A stretch of 64,000 nt of DNA from contig OZ250169.1 of NCBI GenBank assembly GCA_965237955.1, positions 1,504,001-1,568,000 of the forward strand. Reading direction: 5' to 3'. Source of the DNA: Candidatus Marinacidobacterales bacterium (GTDB lineage: Bacteria; Acidobacteriota; Vicinamibacteria; Marinacidobacterales; SMYC01). Shown one piece after another: positions 20,840-29,765 of the stretch; position 1 is the first letter of the stretch; every line of letters starts with the position of its first letter. Under the pieces are notes generated by a model. The model saw nothing but the letters and a program-made list of their open reading frames with translations. It searched no databases and was not told where the DNA came from. The translations under genes and the position numbers were made by a program.

Positions 20840-20850
20840 CGACGCTGCGC

Positions 20851-20910
20851 CCCCTCACCCGATGAGAATCGCCAGAGCTCGTCGGCCTCTCCCCCGGAGG
20901 GGGAGAGGGT
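20851..20910. repeat. REP/CIR-like intergenic palindrome
   Basis: CCCCTCACCC...CCTCTCCCCCGGAGGGGGAGAGG hairpin; weaker relative at about 49475-49500. Confidence 0.5.
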
Positions 20911-20930
20911 GCGTGCTACCAAGTTGTTTA

Positions 20931-21635
20931 TCAAGCCGCGCGTGACTCGTCGGACGCGATCGCGCCGTCGATGAGGCGGACGAGGCGGCGGGAGCGGTCC
21001 ATCACCTTTTTGTCGTGGGTGGCGAAGATGAATGTCGTGCCGAGCTCCTGGTTGAGCTCGGCCATCATGTCGAGAAGCGCATCGCTCGAATGCGAGTCGA
21101 GATTCGCGGTGGGCTCGTCGGCGAGCACTAGAGCCGGCTTTCCCACGACGGCGCGCACCACCGCGATGCGCTGCTGTTGGCCGCCGGAAAGTTTTCCAGG
21201 GCGACGGTCTTCGAGCCCATTCAGTCCAGTGCGTTTGAAGAGCGCACGCACCCGCTCGCGCCGCTCTTCTTCCTCGACTCCCTGCAAAAGCAGCGGGAAC
21301 TCCGCGTTCTCCATCGCTGTCAGAACCGGGAGCAAGTTGTACGCTTGAAAAACGAATCCGACGTGCTCGAGCCGGAGCCGGGCGAGCTCGATGTTCGACA
21401 TCTCGGTAAGATCGTGACCCGCAACCCACACGCGACCACTCGTGGGTCGGGTGAGACCGCCGATGAGATTGAGGAGCGTCGTCTTCCCGGAGCCGGACGG
21501 CCCGGCAAGCGCGATGAGCTCGCCTCGTTCTATTTTCATCGAGACACCTTGCACCGCTTTGACTTTCTCGGCCTCCTGCTCGAAGACCTTCGAAACTTCA
21601 CTCGTACGAACTGCAGGTGTGTTGTCTTCGCTCAT
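20931..21635 (-). CDS. ABC transporter ATP-binding protein (LolD/MacB-like)
   Basis: GPSGSGKTT, LSGGQQQR, LADEPTANLD. Confidence 0.93.
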   Translation of the reverse strand: MSEDNTPAVRTSEVSKVFEQEAEKVKAVQGVSMKIERGELIALAGPSGSGKTTLLNLIGGLTRPTSGRVWVAGHDLTEMSNIELARLRLEHVGFVFQAYNLLPVLTAMENAEFPLLLQGVEEEERRERVRALFKRTGLNGLEDRRPGKLSGGQQQRIAVVRAVVGKPALVLADEPTANLDSHSSDALLDMMAELNQELGTTFIFATHDKKVMDRSRRLVRLIDGAIASDESRAA

Positions 21636-21639
21636 GCGA

Positions 21640-22917
21640 TCAGCGCTCGAATTTCATAGCTTCGGTCACATCGATCCGCGCCGCGCGGTAGGCCGGGTAC
21701 AACGATGCAAGGGCTCCAATGACCACGATGAAGACGAGCGCCTGAATCACCCGGGCCACGCGAAAATACGGAACGATGACGGGCTCCATCACCACTCCGG
21801 AAAAGCTCCACTCCTCGTCCCACATTCCCGAGATGTCGAGACCCTCGCTCCAGAAGTACCACGTAATGAAGAGACCAAGGGCAATTCCGATGACACCGCT
21901 CAACGCCGTGAGGATCAGCCCTTCGATGAGGACGAGGCTCCCCGTCTGCCCCGGCGTCAAGCCGAGCGCCTGGAGCACGCCGAACTCGCGATAGCGGTGC
22001 AGCACCGACATCAGAACGGTGTTGACGATACCGAGCGCGATAATCGTGAACAGAATGCCCTGGAACAAGTAGTTGCCGAAATCGTCGATCCGCACCGCGG
22101 CGTCCAGCTCGGGCATGGCCTCGCGCCACCCCATGACGGTGAGAGCGCCCACTTCGATGGGTCCCGCGAGCTCTCGATCGAGATCCCGCCGAAGCCCTTC
22201 GACCTGACCGCTCTGCTCGACGAGAACGGCGATGTTGGTGACGTCGTTGCCGGAACGGAGCCACTCGCCTGCTGTTGTGAGCGGGATGTGAATCAGCGCC
22301 TGATCGATCTCGGGCACTCCGGTGCGAAAGATACCGACGACCCTCAAGAGCTGGCCCGCGATCTCCCCTTCGGCATCTTGAGCGGTCACGACGAATCGTG
22401 ACCCGAGTCGGAGCTCGAGGCTTTCGACGAGCCCGGCGCCGACGTAGGCGGCAAGGCGATCGCCGGATTCAAGGTAGCGCCCTTCCGAAACCTTCTCGTC
22501 GAGAATGGTGAACTCGGCTTCCGATTCGGGGCTCACACCGACGATTTGTGCGGGACGTGCGCCCGCGGCCGAGCTCGCCAGAGCTCCCAGCGTGAGCTGG
22601 GGCGTCGCGATGAGAACGCGCTCGGCAATCCCGGCCTGCGACAACGCTTCCTCGGCGGCGGCGCGTGCGTCGCCGGGCAGGCGGTCCTCGATCTTGCGGC
22701 TCGTACGGAAATTGGGGTTTTGAATCGTGATGTGTCCACCGCCCATGCGCACTGCAGATTCGATCCACGCTTCGTGGGTGCCGTCGCCGAGAGGCAACGA
22801 CATCATCAGAAGCGTGCCGCCTACGATCATCGCGAGCGACGTCAAAACCGACCGCCGCACGTGCCGGCGCAAGTTACGAACCGCGAGACGTGCGACGACG
22901 TGAAAGCGCTTGCTCAT
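21640..22917 (-). CDS. ABC permease (FtsX/LolE-like)
   Basis: RNLRRHVRRS, GIVNTVLMSV..R.REFGVLQALG, YPAYRAAR; start set at MSKRFHV. Confidence 0.9.
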   Translation of the reverse strand: MSKRFHVVARLAVRNLRRHVRRSVLTSLAMIVGGTLLMMSLPLGDGTHEAWIESAVRMGGGHITIQNPNFRTSRKIEDRLPGDARAAAEEALSQAGIAERVLIATPQLTLGALASSAAGARPAQIVGVSPESEAEFTILDEKVSEGRYLESGDRLAAYVGAGLVESLELRLGSRFVVTAQDAEGEIAGQLLRVVGIFRTGVPEIDQALIHIPLTTAGEWLRSGNDVTNIAVLVEQSGQVEGLRRDLDRELAGPIEVGALTVMGWREAMPELDAAVRIDDFGNYLFQGILFTIIALGIVNTVLMSVLHRYREFGVLQALGLTPGQTGSLVLIEGLILTALSGVIGIALGLFITWYFWSEGLDISGMWDEEWSFSGVVMEPVIVPYFRVARVIQALVFIVVIGALASLYPAYRAARIDVTEAMKFER

Positions 22918-24176
22918 AGCCCGGAAAGCGTATCCGCGGGAGGCACGCGCGCCGCCTGCGCCGCAGGATAGAGTGCGGCGACGAACGCGGTGAACAACAG
23001 CGCACCGGCTGCCCAAACTGCCATCGGTATGTTGTACTCGACGCGAAGCGTCGGGCGCATCAACGCACCGAACATCGTGAAGTCACCATAGATGAAGCTC
23101 AGATCGAGTGGTGCGTTGTGCCACCACATCATCAACGGAAAGGTGACGGCCGCGCCTACGAGCAAACTGAGGACGCCGAGAGCGAGAGCCTCGTACAGGA
23201 CCGTGAGCACGACCTGCACCGGCGTCGTCCCCAGCGCCAGCATCACCGCGAACTCGCGGCGTCTTTCGAACGTCGCCATCAACATCGAGTTGGCAACACC
23301 GAAGATCGCGATGGCGAACACGACGCCGATCACGATGAAGTACCAGGATTCGACGAGCCGGGTGTAGTCGAGCATATCCGGGCGGAGCACCGTCCATGGC
23401 ACGACTTCGACATCGAGACCAGTGGGAGCGAGTGCCTGCGCGATCCGCTCCGCCGCTTCCGGAGCGAGCCATGCATCCGTCGTCGCGGCCGCGATCTCGT
23501 GGATGCGAGAGGGCTCGAGCGCGACCAGGGTCTGGAGCGAATCAATCGGGACCAAGGCGTAGGCATTGTCGAGCTCGGTCATGCCGGAGCGATAGATACC
23601 CGCGACCCGAAAGAGGTCGTTTCCCATGGAGCCGTCCGCGGCCGGCACCACGAGCACGACTTCGTCGCCCATGCCGACTTCAAGCTGGCGCGCCATCTCG
23701 TGTCCAATCGCAATCTCGTTTCTGCCCGGGCGCGGAACTTGACCGTCCTCGATCCCAGTGAGGAGGCGACTCACGCGAGGCTCGAGCTCGACGTCGACGC
23801 CCATGATCATGGCCGCGGACGTCGATTCACCGGAGCTCACGAGGCCGCCGGCGTAGACCCGCGGTGCGGCGGCTTCGATCGCAGGATCCGAAACCACCGC
23901 TTCGAGGAGCGCGGACACGTCGGTGCCGTCGCGATCACCGATGGTGTCGTAGAGGCTTCGCTCGGGCCGGTAGTCGGCGGCGTGGACTTGCAACTGCCCC
24001 GTCAGAATGCCGGTGCCGTTTTCGACCATCTCGGCTTTGAGCCCGTCGGCCCATCCAACGATGAAGACGACGGCGAAGTACCCTGCGCCGAGACCAAGCG
24101 CGGTGATGAACGTCCGTTTGCGGTTACGGCCGAGATTCCTCCAGCCGATCCGCCACCAGGGAGACGCCGCCGCCAT
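22914..24176 (-). CDS. ABC permease (FtsX/LolE-like)
   Basis: WRNLGRNRKRT, ERRREFAVMLALG, YPAAQAAR. Confidence 0.9.
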   Translation of the reverse strand: MAAASPWWRIGWRNLGRNRKRTFITALGLGAGYFAVVFIVGWADGLKAEMVENGTGILTGQLQVHAADYRPERSLYDTIGDRDGTDVSALLEAVVSDPAIEAAAPRVYAGGLVSSGESTSAAMIMGVDVELEPRVSRLLTGIEDGQVPRPGRNEIAIGHEMARQLEVGMGDEVVLVVPAADGSMGNDLFRVAGIYRSGMTELDNAYALVPIDSLQTLVALEPSRIHEIAAATTDAWLAPEAAERIAQALAPTGLDVEVVPWTVLRPDMLDYTRLVESWYFIVIGVVFAIAIFGVANSMLMATFERRREFAVMLALGTTPVQVVLTVLYEALALGVLSLLVGAAVTFPLMMWWHNAPLDLSFIYGDFTMFGALMRPTLRVEYNIPMAVWAAGALLFTAFVAALYPAAQAARVPPADTLSGL

Positions 24177-24181
24177 CCCCG

Positions 24182-24955
24182 CTATCGCCGCCGTTTGAGA
24201 GTCTGGAGTGAAAAGAAAGACTTGTCCAAATCGATGTCGAACTCGAGGTGGTCATAGAGCATCGTCGTACGCTCGCCCGGTTTGTCCGCCGGGCGCATGT
24301 TCATGACCGCGGGAACGATGCGGCCGCCCATCGTCCGGAACTCGCTGAACTCCAGAGTGCGTGACAGCTCCCCGTCCTCGTCGTAGTAGCGTGCCCAGAT
24401 GGGCATGTAGTCGTCTTTGCGAACTCGATACTCGATGGAGCCCCACACCACGGGAGCTTCCGGCTTGGGTGTCAGCGTGAACTCCCACACTTTGACGCCA
24501 TCGCGCTCACCTTCGAAACCGATCTCGATATCGAAGTCCTCGATGAGACGGCTTTCCTTCACGAGATCATCGTTGGTGAAATGCGACCCCATCCACGAAC
24601 CGGACATCATGGATGCGGGAATCTTGATGGTGCGATCGACTTTCGGCAGGTAGTTCCAGATGTCTTGTTCCGCTTTGAGCGTCCCGGTGCCCGCTTCCCT
24701 CGCCGGCTGCGTCACCCGGACGAGAGAGTACTCGGTGCCGAGCGACCACACGTCCATGGTGATGCTGCGATTCCAGTGCTCGGTGACGACTTCCATCGTG
24801 GCCGTGCCGCGGCTCGAATCGCCGCGCATGATGCGATCGACTCTGTCGATGATGTCGCGCGGCGTTTCCTGTGCATACGCCTGCAACGAGATGCTGACGA
24901 GTCCCGCGGCCACACCGACGGCGCCGACTAAAAAAGCCCTGAATTTTCCGTTCAT
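24182..24955 (-). CDS. Outer-membrane lipoprotein-sorting (LolA-like) protein
   Basis: Signal peptide; IWNYLPKVDRTIKI, SWMGSHFTNDDL, FFSLQTL. Confidence 0.88.
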   Translation of the reverse strand: MNGKFRAFLVGAVGVAAGLVSISLQAYAQETPRDIIDRVDRIMRGDSSRGTATMEVVTEHWNRSITMDVWSLGTEYSLVRVTQPAREAGTGTLKAEQDIWNYLPKVDRTIKIPASMMSGSWMGSHFTNDDLVKESRLIEDFDIEIGFEGERDGVKVWEFTLTPKPEAPVVWGSIEYRVRKDDYMPIWARYYDEDGELSRTLEFSEFRTMGGRIVPAVMNMRPADKPGERTTMLYDHLEFDIDLDKSFFSLQTLKRRR

Positions 24956-25075
24956 GCTCGACTTCCTTCAGCCAGAAGCGAGCATAGCACAGCGCTTCGG
25001 TACTCTGGCTGATGAGACGACGCCGGCGCGTCGAGCAATTTGACGGCGCCACACCATCGAGGTGTAGGATCGGCC

Positions 25076-25336
25076 ATGCCGGTGACTCGAACGCCTACGG
25101 TAACGGACACGAGCCGCGACGCGGAGAAAGTCCTTATCGAGCTCCTCAGGGCGACCCCACCGTGGCGCAAGCTACAGATGGTGGACGACTTGAATCGGTC
25201 GTTACGTCAACTCGTCTGGAGCGAGCTTGCTCGAACCCACCCCGAGCGATCGGACAAGGAGCTTCGCGTCCTGCTAGCGGAGCGACTCTATGGGGCGCAC
25301 GTTGCCGAGATACTCTCGAAGGCCCTCAGTGGCTAA
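25076..25336 (+). CDS. Small helical protein, probable partner (antitoxin-like) of the downstream nucleotidyltransferase
   Basis: DTSRDAEKVLIELLRATPPWRKL...RLYG; overlaps the start of the NTase gene. Confidence 0.6.
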   Translation: MPVTRTPTVTDTSRDAEKVLIELLRATPPWRKLQMVDDLNRSLRQLVWSELARTHPERSDKELRVLLAERLYGAHVAEILSKALSG

Positions 25337-25849
25337 CGTCCCAGAGCCCGAATTCATCGCGGTCACAGTCCGTATCGCCCAGCTCCTCGAGAAGCTCGGG
25401 GTTCGGTACGCGATCGGAGGACAGTCGAGGCTGTGAGAGGGGATTTCTACGTGGCAGAAGAACATGTGACGACGGCCGTCGCTGGCGGTAAGAGTTTCAA
25501 CCTCATCGCGCTCGACCCGATATTCAAAGTCGATATCTTCGTCGCGAAAGACAAGCCCTTCGAAATCTCCCAACTCGATCGGGGCCAATCGCTAGCTGTC
25601 TCGGCCGATTCAGAAAGCTCAGCAAGAACGCTCTACGTTTCCTCCCCGGAGGACGTCGTTCTGGCGAAATTGCAGTGGTATCGCAAAGGTGGTGAGGTTT
25701 CCGATCGCCAATGGCAGGATGTTCTCGGTGTCCTCCGAGTACAAGGCTCAGCGCTCGACCGTGACTATATACAGCGCATGGCTACGCGAGTGGACGTGGC
25801 GGATCTACTCGCCCAGGCACTCAGCGAGGCCCATTCGTTAGGGTCTTGA
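25329..25849 (+). pseudogene. Nucleotidyltransferase (DUF6036/MenT-like) with the catalytic region deleted
   Basis: LEKLGVRYAIGG then a break; resumes at FNLI....FKVDIF, SPEDVVLAKL.W, DRQWQDV; the PR.T.D.D motif is missing. Confidence 0.7.
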
Positions 25850-25851
25850 TT

Positions 25852-26074
25852 CAGGTAGCCTGAGAAGAAGAGCTTGATCAAGAACAATCCAAGGATCTCA
25901 TCAACATCGAGAGGATCACGGACGCTGTAACTGACGTCACCAGCGAAAAATTGCGCGACGTAACTTGGGTCATCGTTGATCAATGAGGAGGTCAAGAGCG
26001 GCCATTGGGGCGTAGGTGGTAACGCGCTCGGTCTTGATGATGTGAAAAACATGATGGCAGGAGATTCTCAATGA
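25852..26074 (+). pseudogene. 4-oxalocrotonate tautomerase-family remnant
   Basis: Hand translation: DLI..ERITDAVTDVTSEKLRDVTWVIV...EVKSGHWGVGGNALGLDDVK; 5' end lost, stops/indels; its TGA overlaps the next ATG. Confidence 0.7.
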
Positions 26075-26646
26075 ACTACCCAATGCACCCTGAGTTGAAG
26101 ATTGGCAACAAATTCCCGGACTTTGAATTGCCGGACCAGACCGGTACGCCGCACAAACTGTCGCATCTTTTACGCGGGTTCCCCGGCGTGCTTATTTTTG
26201 GCCGCGGCTATTATTGACCCAAAGACCGTCGTCAGTTGACGAACTACGTGACTCATCTTCAGCCGGAGATGAAAATTAACTACTGCAAACTGATCACCGT
26301 TTCGGTAGATGACAAAATGAATACCAATGAGACCCGCGACGCCCTGGCCGCCGAGTGGCCCTTTTTGATGGATCCCGACCGCCGGCTGCTCTACGAAATG
26401 CAGATGATGGATACTACCGATCCAGTACATGGCGAAGTTTACATTCCGTATTCTTTTTCTCTGGATCGGGATCGGACGATCTACAAGATCTACAACGGCT
26501 GGTATCATGTTGGACGGCCAACAATAGAAGAGATTCGCCAGGATTGGCGCGCCTTGTTGAGTCACCGCCGGGATTACGTTTATGATCCGTCCAGGGCACC
26601 AGCGCCGAAGGGAAACGCTTTCTATGATCGGCGTGATCCGGAATAG
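26071..26646 (+). CDS. Redoxin/AhpC-TSA-like probable selenoprotein (Sec at codon 49)
   Basis: AGGAGA RBS; GNKFPDFELPDQTG...RGYY(TGA)PKDRRQ in frame with ORF 26236-26646; hairpin just 3' of the TGA. Confidence 0.75.
26218..26250 (+). promoter_or_regulatory. Putative bacterial SECIS hairpin
   Basis: TCGTC-AGTT-GACGA stem-loop; G-containing loop about 16 nt after TGA 26215-26217. Confidence 0.55.
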
Positions 26647-26706
26647 GCGAACTTTTTCGATCTTTTGTTGCTCGGCGAATTTACAGAATAGCCTGGAGAT
26701 TGGGCA

Positions 26707-28026
26707 CTAGGCCATGCGAGCCCAGCGGATGAGGGTGCGGAGGTTCGGTGGCTTTCCGTGCATCAGAAGGCCGATGCGAAAGATTTTGCCCGCGAACCAA
26801 AGCGCCGCGTAGACCGACGCGACGCCGATCGCGAGTGACAGTGCTACTTGCCAAAATGGAGGCGGTGAGTTGCTCGTCAGGCGCAGAAGCATTACGAACG
26901 TGTTGACCGGCGGCAGAAAGCTCGTCACCACGGCGAGCATGGAATTGGGGTTGCGGCTGATGGGAAGCCACAGGAGCCACGGCACCATCATCACAAACGC
27001 GAGTGGCGTCATGAGCGTTTGCGCTTCGCGCAGCTCGTTGACGGCGGCGCCGACGGCCGCCATCATCGATGCGATGACGAAATACGCAATCAAGTAAGAG
27101 ATCAACATGTACACGACAAGACCGATGTCGATGGCGCCGGTGAGCGAGAACGCAACGAGCCCAACGAGTCCTGCGCCCGAATAGAGGAAGAGAACGAGAA
27201 GCCCGACGCCGAGCTGCCCTAGAATTTTTCCAGTCATGAGCTCCATCGGCGAGACGGCGGCCAGGAGCATCTCCACCACCCGACTCTGCTTCTCCTCGAT
27301 CATCGTCGTCATCAAGTACTGGCCACTCACGAGAACGGACATGAGCACGAGAGCCATGAACGTAAGCGGCAGTAGCGTATTCAAGAGCTCGAACGTCTCG
27401 CGCTCTCCGTTCTCGGTAACGGTCGTCGATCGGCGATACGGCACCCGGATCAACGCGTCGAGCTCGTCGCGATCGAGACCGCGTGCGTCGACGCGAGCGT
27501 CCACGATCGCGTCTCGAATCGCGGAATGGAGCTCGCGTTCGAGACGGTCGTCGAGCTTCTCTCGGACGAAGAGCTCGTAGCTTCCTCGTGCACCGTCGAC
27601 CGCAGCGTCGGGGATAACGGCAATCGCGAGCGGACCCGAAACCGCTCGCAGAGAAGATTTCGCCGCGTCGACGTCGCCATCGTGGAGGATGACATCGAGC
27701 TTCGGGACTTCACCGAGCACGCTCTGAACCGCCGCCTCACCCACTCGGGTCGGCATGACCTCGGCAGCATCGTCTAGAAGCTCGGCACGTTTATCGGCGA
27801 GCGCGGCCAGCCCCAAATAGTCGCGCACACCCGGATACACCAGCCCGGTAGGGTCGCTCACGAGAACTTCCCCTACGATCGGCGGTGTGGCCTCGCTCAT
27901 GAGAACCGGCATCAATACCAAGGTGACCGCGACGAGGCACGGTGTGAGGAGGATGCCGATGATGAATCCCTTCGTCAGCACCGCCGACAGAAACTCGCGG
28001 CGCGCGACGTGCACAATCCGCGTCAC
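26707..28026 (-). CDS. ABC-2 permease (NatB/YhaP-like)
   Basis: ARREFL, EEKQSRVVEMLLAAVSPMELMTGKILG, multiple TM helices. Confidence 0.9.
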   Translation of the reverse strand: MTRIVHVARREFLSAVLTKGFIIGILLTPCLVAVTLVLMPVLMSEATPPIVGEVLVSDPTGLVYPGVRDYLGLAALADKRAELLDDAAEVMPTRVGEAAVQSVLGEVPKLDVILHDGDVDAAKSSLRAVSGPLAIAVIPDAAVDGARGSYELFVREKLDDRLERELHSAIRDAIVDARVDARGLDRDELDALIRVPYRRSTTVTENGERETFELLNTLLPLTFMALVLMSVLVSGQYLMTTMIEEKQSRVVEMLLAAVSPMELMTGKILGQLGVGLLVLFLYSGAGLVGLVAFSLTGAIDIGLVVYMLISYLIAYFVIASMMAAVGAAVNELREAQTLMTPLAFVMMVPWLLWLPISRNPNSMLAVVTSFLPPVNTFVMLLRLTSNSPPPFWQVALSLAIGVASVYAALWFAGKIFRIGLLMHGKPPNLRTLIRWARMA

Positions 28027-28964
28027 TCCGCCACCTCCCGGTCATCCCAGTCATCAACGACGAGTGCCAGAAAAACCTCCTCGAGGGTTGGCCGTTGCAA
28101 CTCGAGATGTCGTGGCGGGCAGGCGGCGACGATGGCGCGCATGGTCTCCGACACGTCGGCGCGTGCCGCGAGCGAGATCGCGTATCCGCGATCTGAGCGA
28201 TGCACGTCTTCGACGCCCGTGGTATTTTCGAGGCCACGAATATCCGCGTCGTCGTCAAGGGGGTCGAGAGGCTCGAGCAGAACCGTTCGCGGGTCGAAGC
28301 GAGAGCGCAAGGCGTCGAGACTCTCGTCCAAGACTTTCTCGCCTCGGTGGATCATGACGATGTGCTCGCAGATTTGCTCGGCCTGGGGCATCACATGCGT
28401 TGAGAACAAGATCGTCGCCCCGCGGGCATGCTGCTCGAGCACGAGCTCTCGCGCAAGTCTCATGTTCACGGGATCGAGCCCGCTGAACGGCTCGTCGAGT
28501 ATCAGGAGGTCCGGTTCATGAAGCACTGCGGCGACGAACTGCACTTTCTGCTGCATCCCTTTGGAGAGCTCTTCGCATCGCTTCTTCTCGACATCGGCGA
28601 GCCCTATTTTTTCGAGCCACTGACGAACCCGATCGCGGAGCACCGTCTCGTCGACGCCCTTCAACCGCCCCATATAGACGAGGAACGCGCCAACTTTCAT
28701 TTTGCGATAGAGTCCGCGCTCTTCCGGCAAGTAGCCGATCCGGTCCTTGGCTTCGAGCGCTGAGGTTTGGCCGAGAACCGACACGCGCCCGTCGTCGGGA
28801 AACAGAATCGACATCACCAGCCGAATCGTAGAGGTCTTCCCCGCTCCGTTGGGTCCGATAAAGCCGTAAAGCCCGCCGACAGGTACGGACAAATTCAATC
28901 TGCTCACAGCCACCGTGGGACCAAACGTCTTGGTGACGTTTTCGAGAACAATCGCGTCGCTCAT
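28023..28964 (-). CDS. ABC transporter ATP-binding protein (NatA/YhaQ-like)
   Basis: GPNGAGKTS, LSKGMQQK, LDEPFSGLDP, PTLEEVF; start set at MSDAIV. Confidence 0.92.
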   Translation of the reverse strand: MSDAIVLENVTKTFGPTVAVSRLNLSVPVGGLYGFIGPNGAGKTSTIRLVMSILFPDDGRVSVLGQTSALEAKDRIGYLPEERGLYRKMKVGAFLVYMGRLKGVDETVLRDRVRQWLEKIGLADVEKKRCEELSKGMQQKVQFVAAVLHEPDLLILDEPFSGLDPVNMRLARELVLEQHARGATILFSTHVMPQAEQICEHIVMIHRGEKVLDESLDALRSRFDPRTVLLEPLDPLDDDADIRGLENTTGVEDVHRSDRGYAISLAARADVSETMRAIVAACPPRHLELQRPTLEEVFLALVVDDWDDREVAE

Positions 28965-29008
28965 GTGTTGATGCCATCGATTATGACACGCGCGTATAAT
29001 CGAAGAGG

Positions 29009-29281
29009 ATGACGAACGCGACATGCCCCGGCGCGGAGACACTGGCCGCGTACGTCGACGGCCGGATCGGCGACGATGAGCTCACGGAGATTTCGAATCA
29101 CATTGTCGACTGCGCGCGCTGCTACGAAACCGTCGCCGCGACGGTGCGTGTCTTGTCAGGAGTTGGGCGAACCGAGAACATCGCGCCGCCTTTGGCGCTC
29201 CTCCCGGCCCTGCTCACGGGAACCGTCATGGCGATCGCGCTAGCGGTGAGCTTGCTCCTGTTGCTCCGCGGAGGATCGTAG
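29009..29281 (+). CDS. zf-HC2 anti-sigma-like small membrane protein
   Basis: CP..ETLAAYVDG...HIVDCARC followed by a TM helix. Confidence 0.65.
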   Translation: MTNATCPGAETLAAYVDGRIGDDELTEISNHIVDCARCYETVAATVRVLSGVGRTENIAPPLALLPALLTGTVMAIALAVSLLLLLRGGS

Positions 29282-29414
29282 CCTGCCTAGTGCACCGGGC
29301 TGGCCACTGGTGACTGGAGGCCGGAAGCTGGTCGAGCGAAACGGTTGGCGCGCCAGAACGTTCCCGTATCGTTCTCGCGCACGCAGCGCGTTCTCAAATA
29401 CGGAAGCACCCACG

Positions 29415-29705
29415 GGGTGCTTCCGCCATCAACTGTTACTCAGGCCGCCAGAAGCTCGTCCACGATCGGGGGGTCGGCAGCGGGCTCGGCACGGCGCACG
29501 TGATCGCGCCGATGCTTACTAATAAGGATGGCGGCAGACACACGAATACCTCGCGGAAAGTGAGTCGCCGGGTGGCGAGTCCGGCCTGCATCGCCGGAGT
29601 CCGGGTCTCACGCCCGAACTTCAGAGCGCCGTGCGGGCGGACGAAGTTGTAATGACAACGCAGCAGCTCGAGATGTTCTTCGAGCTGCTCCTCCGAGCGA
29701 GCATG
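29415..29705 (-). mobile_element. IS1-family transposase 3' remnant with terminal repeat
   Basis: HYNFVRPHGALKFGRETRTPAMQAGL; end GGTGCTTCCGCCATCAACTGTT at 29416. Confidence 0.7.
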
Positions 29706-29765
29706 GGAGAGGGGATCCACCGCTCCTCGCGTCCCTCCTCACGACAGCCTCATCGGAGGATGAAT

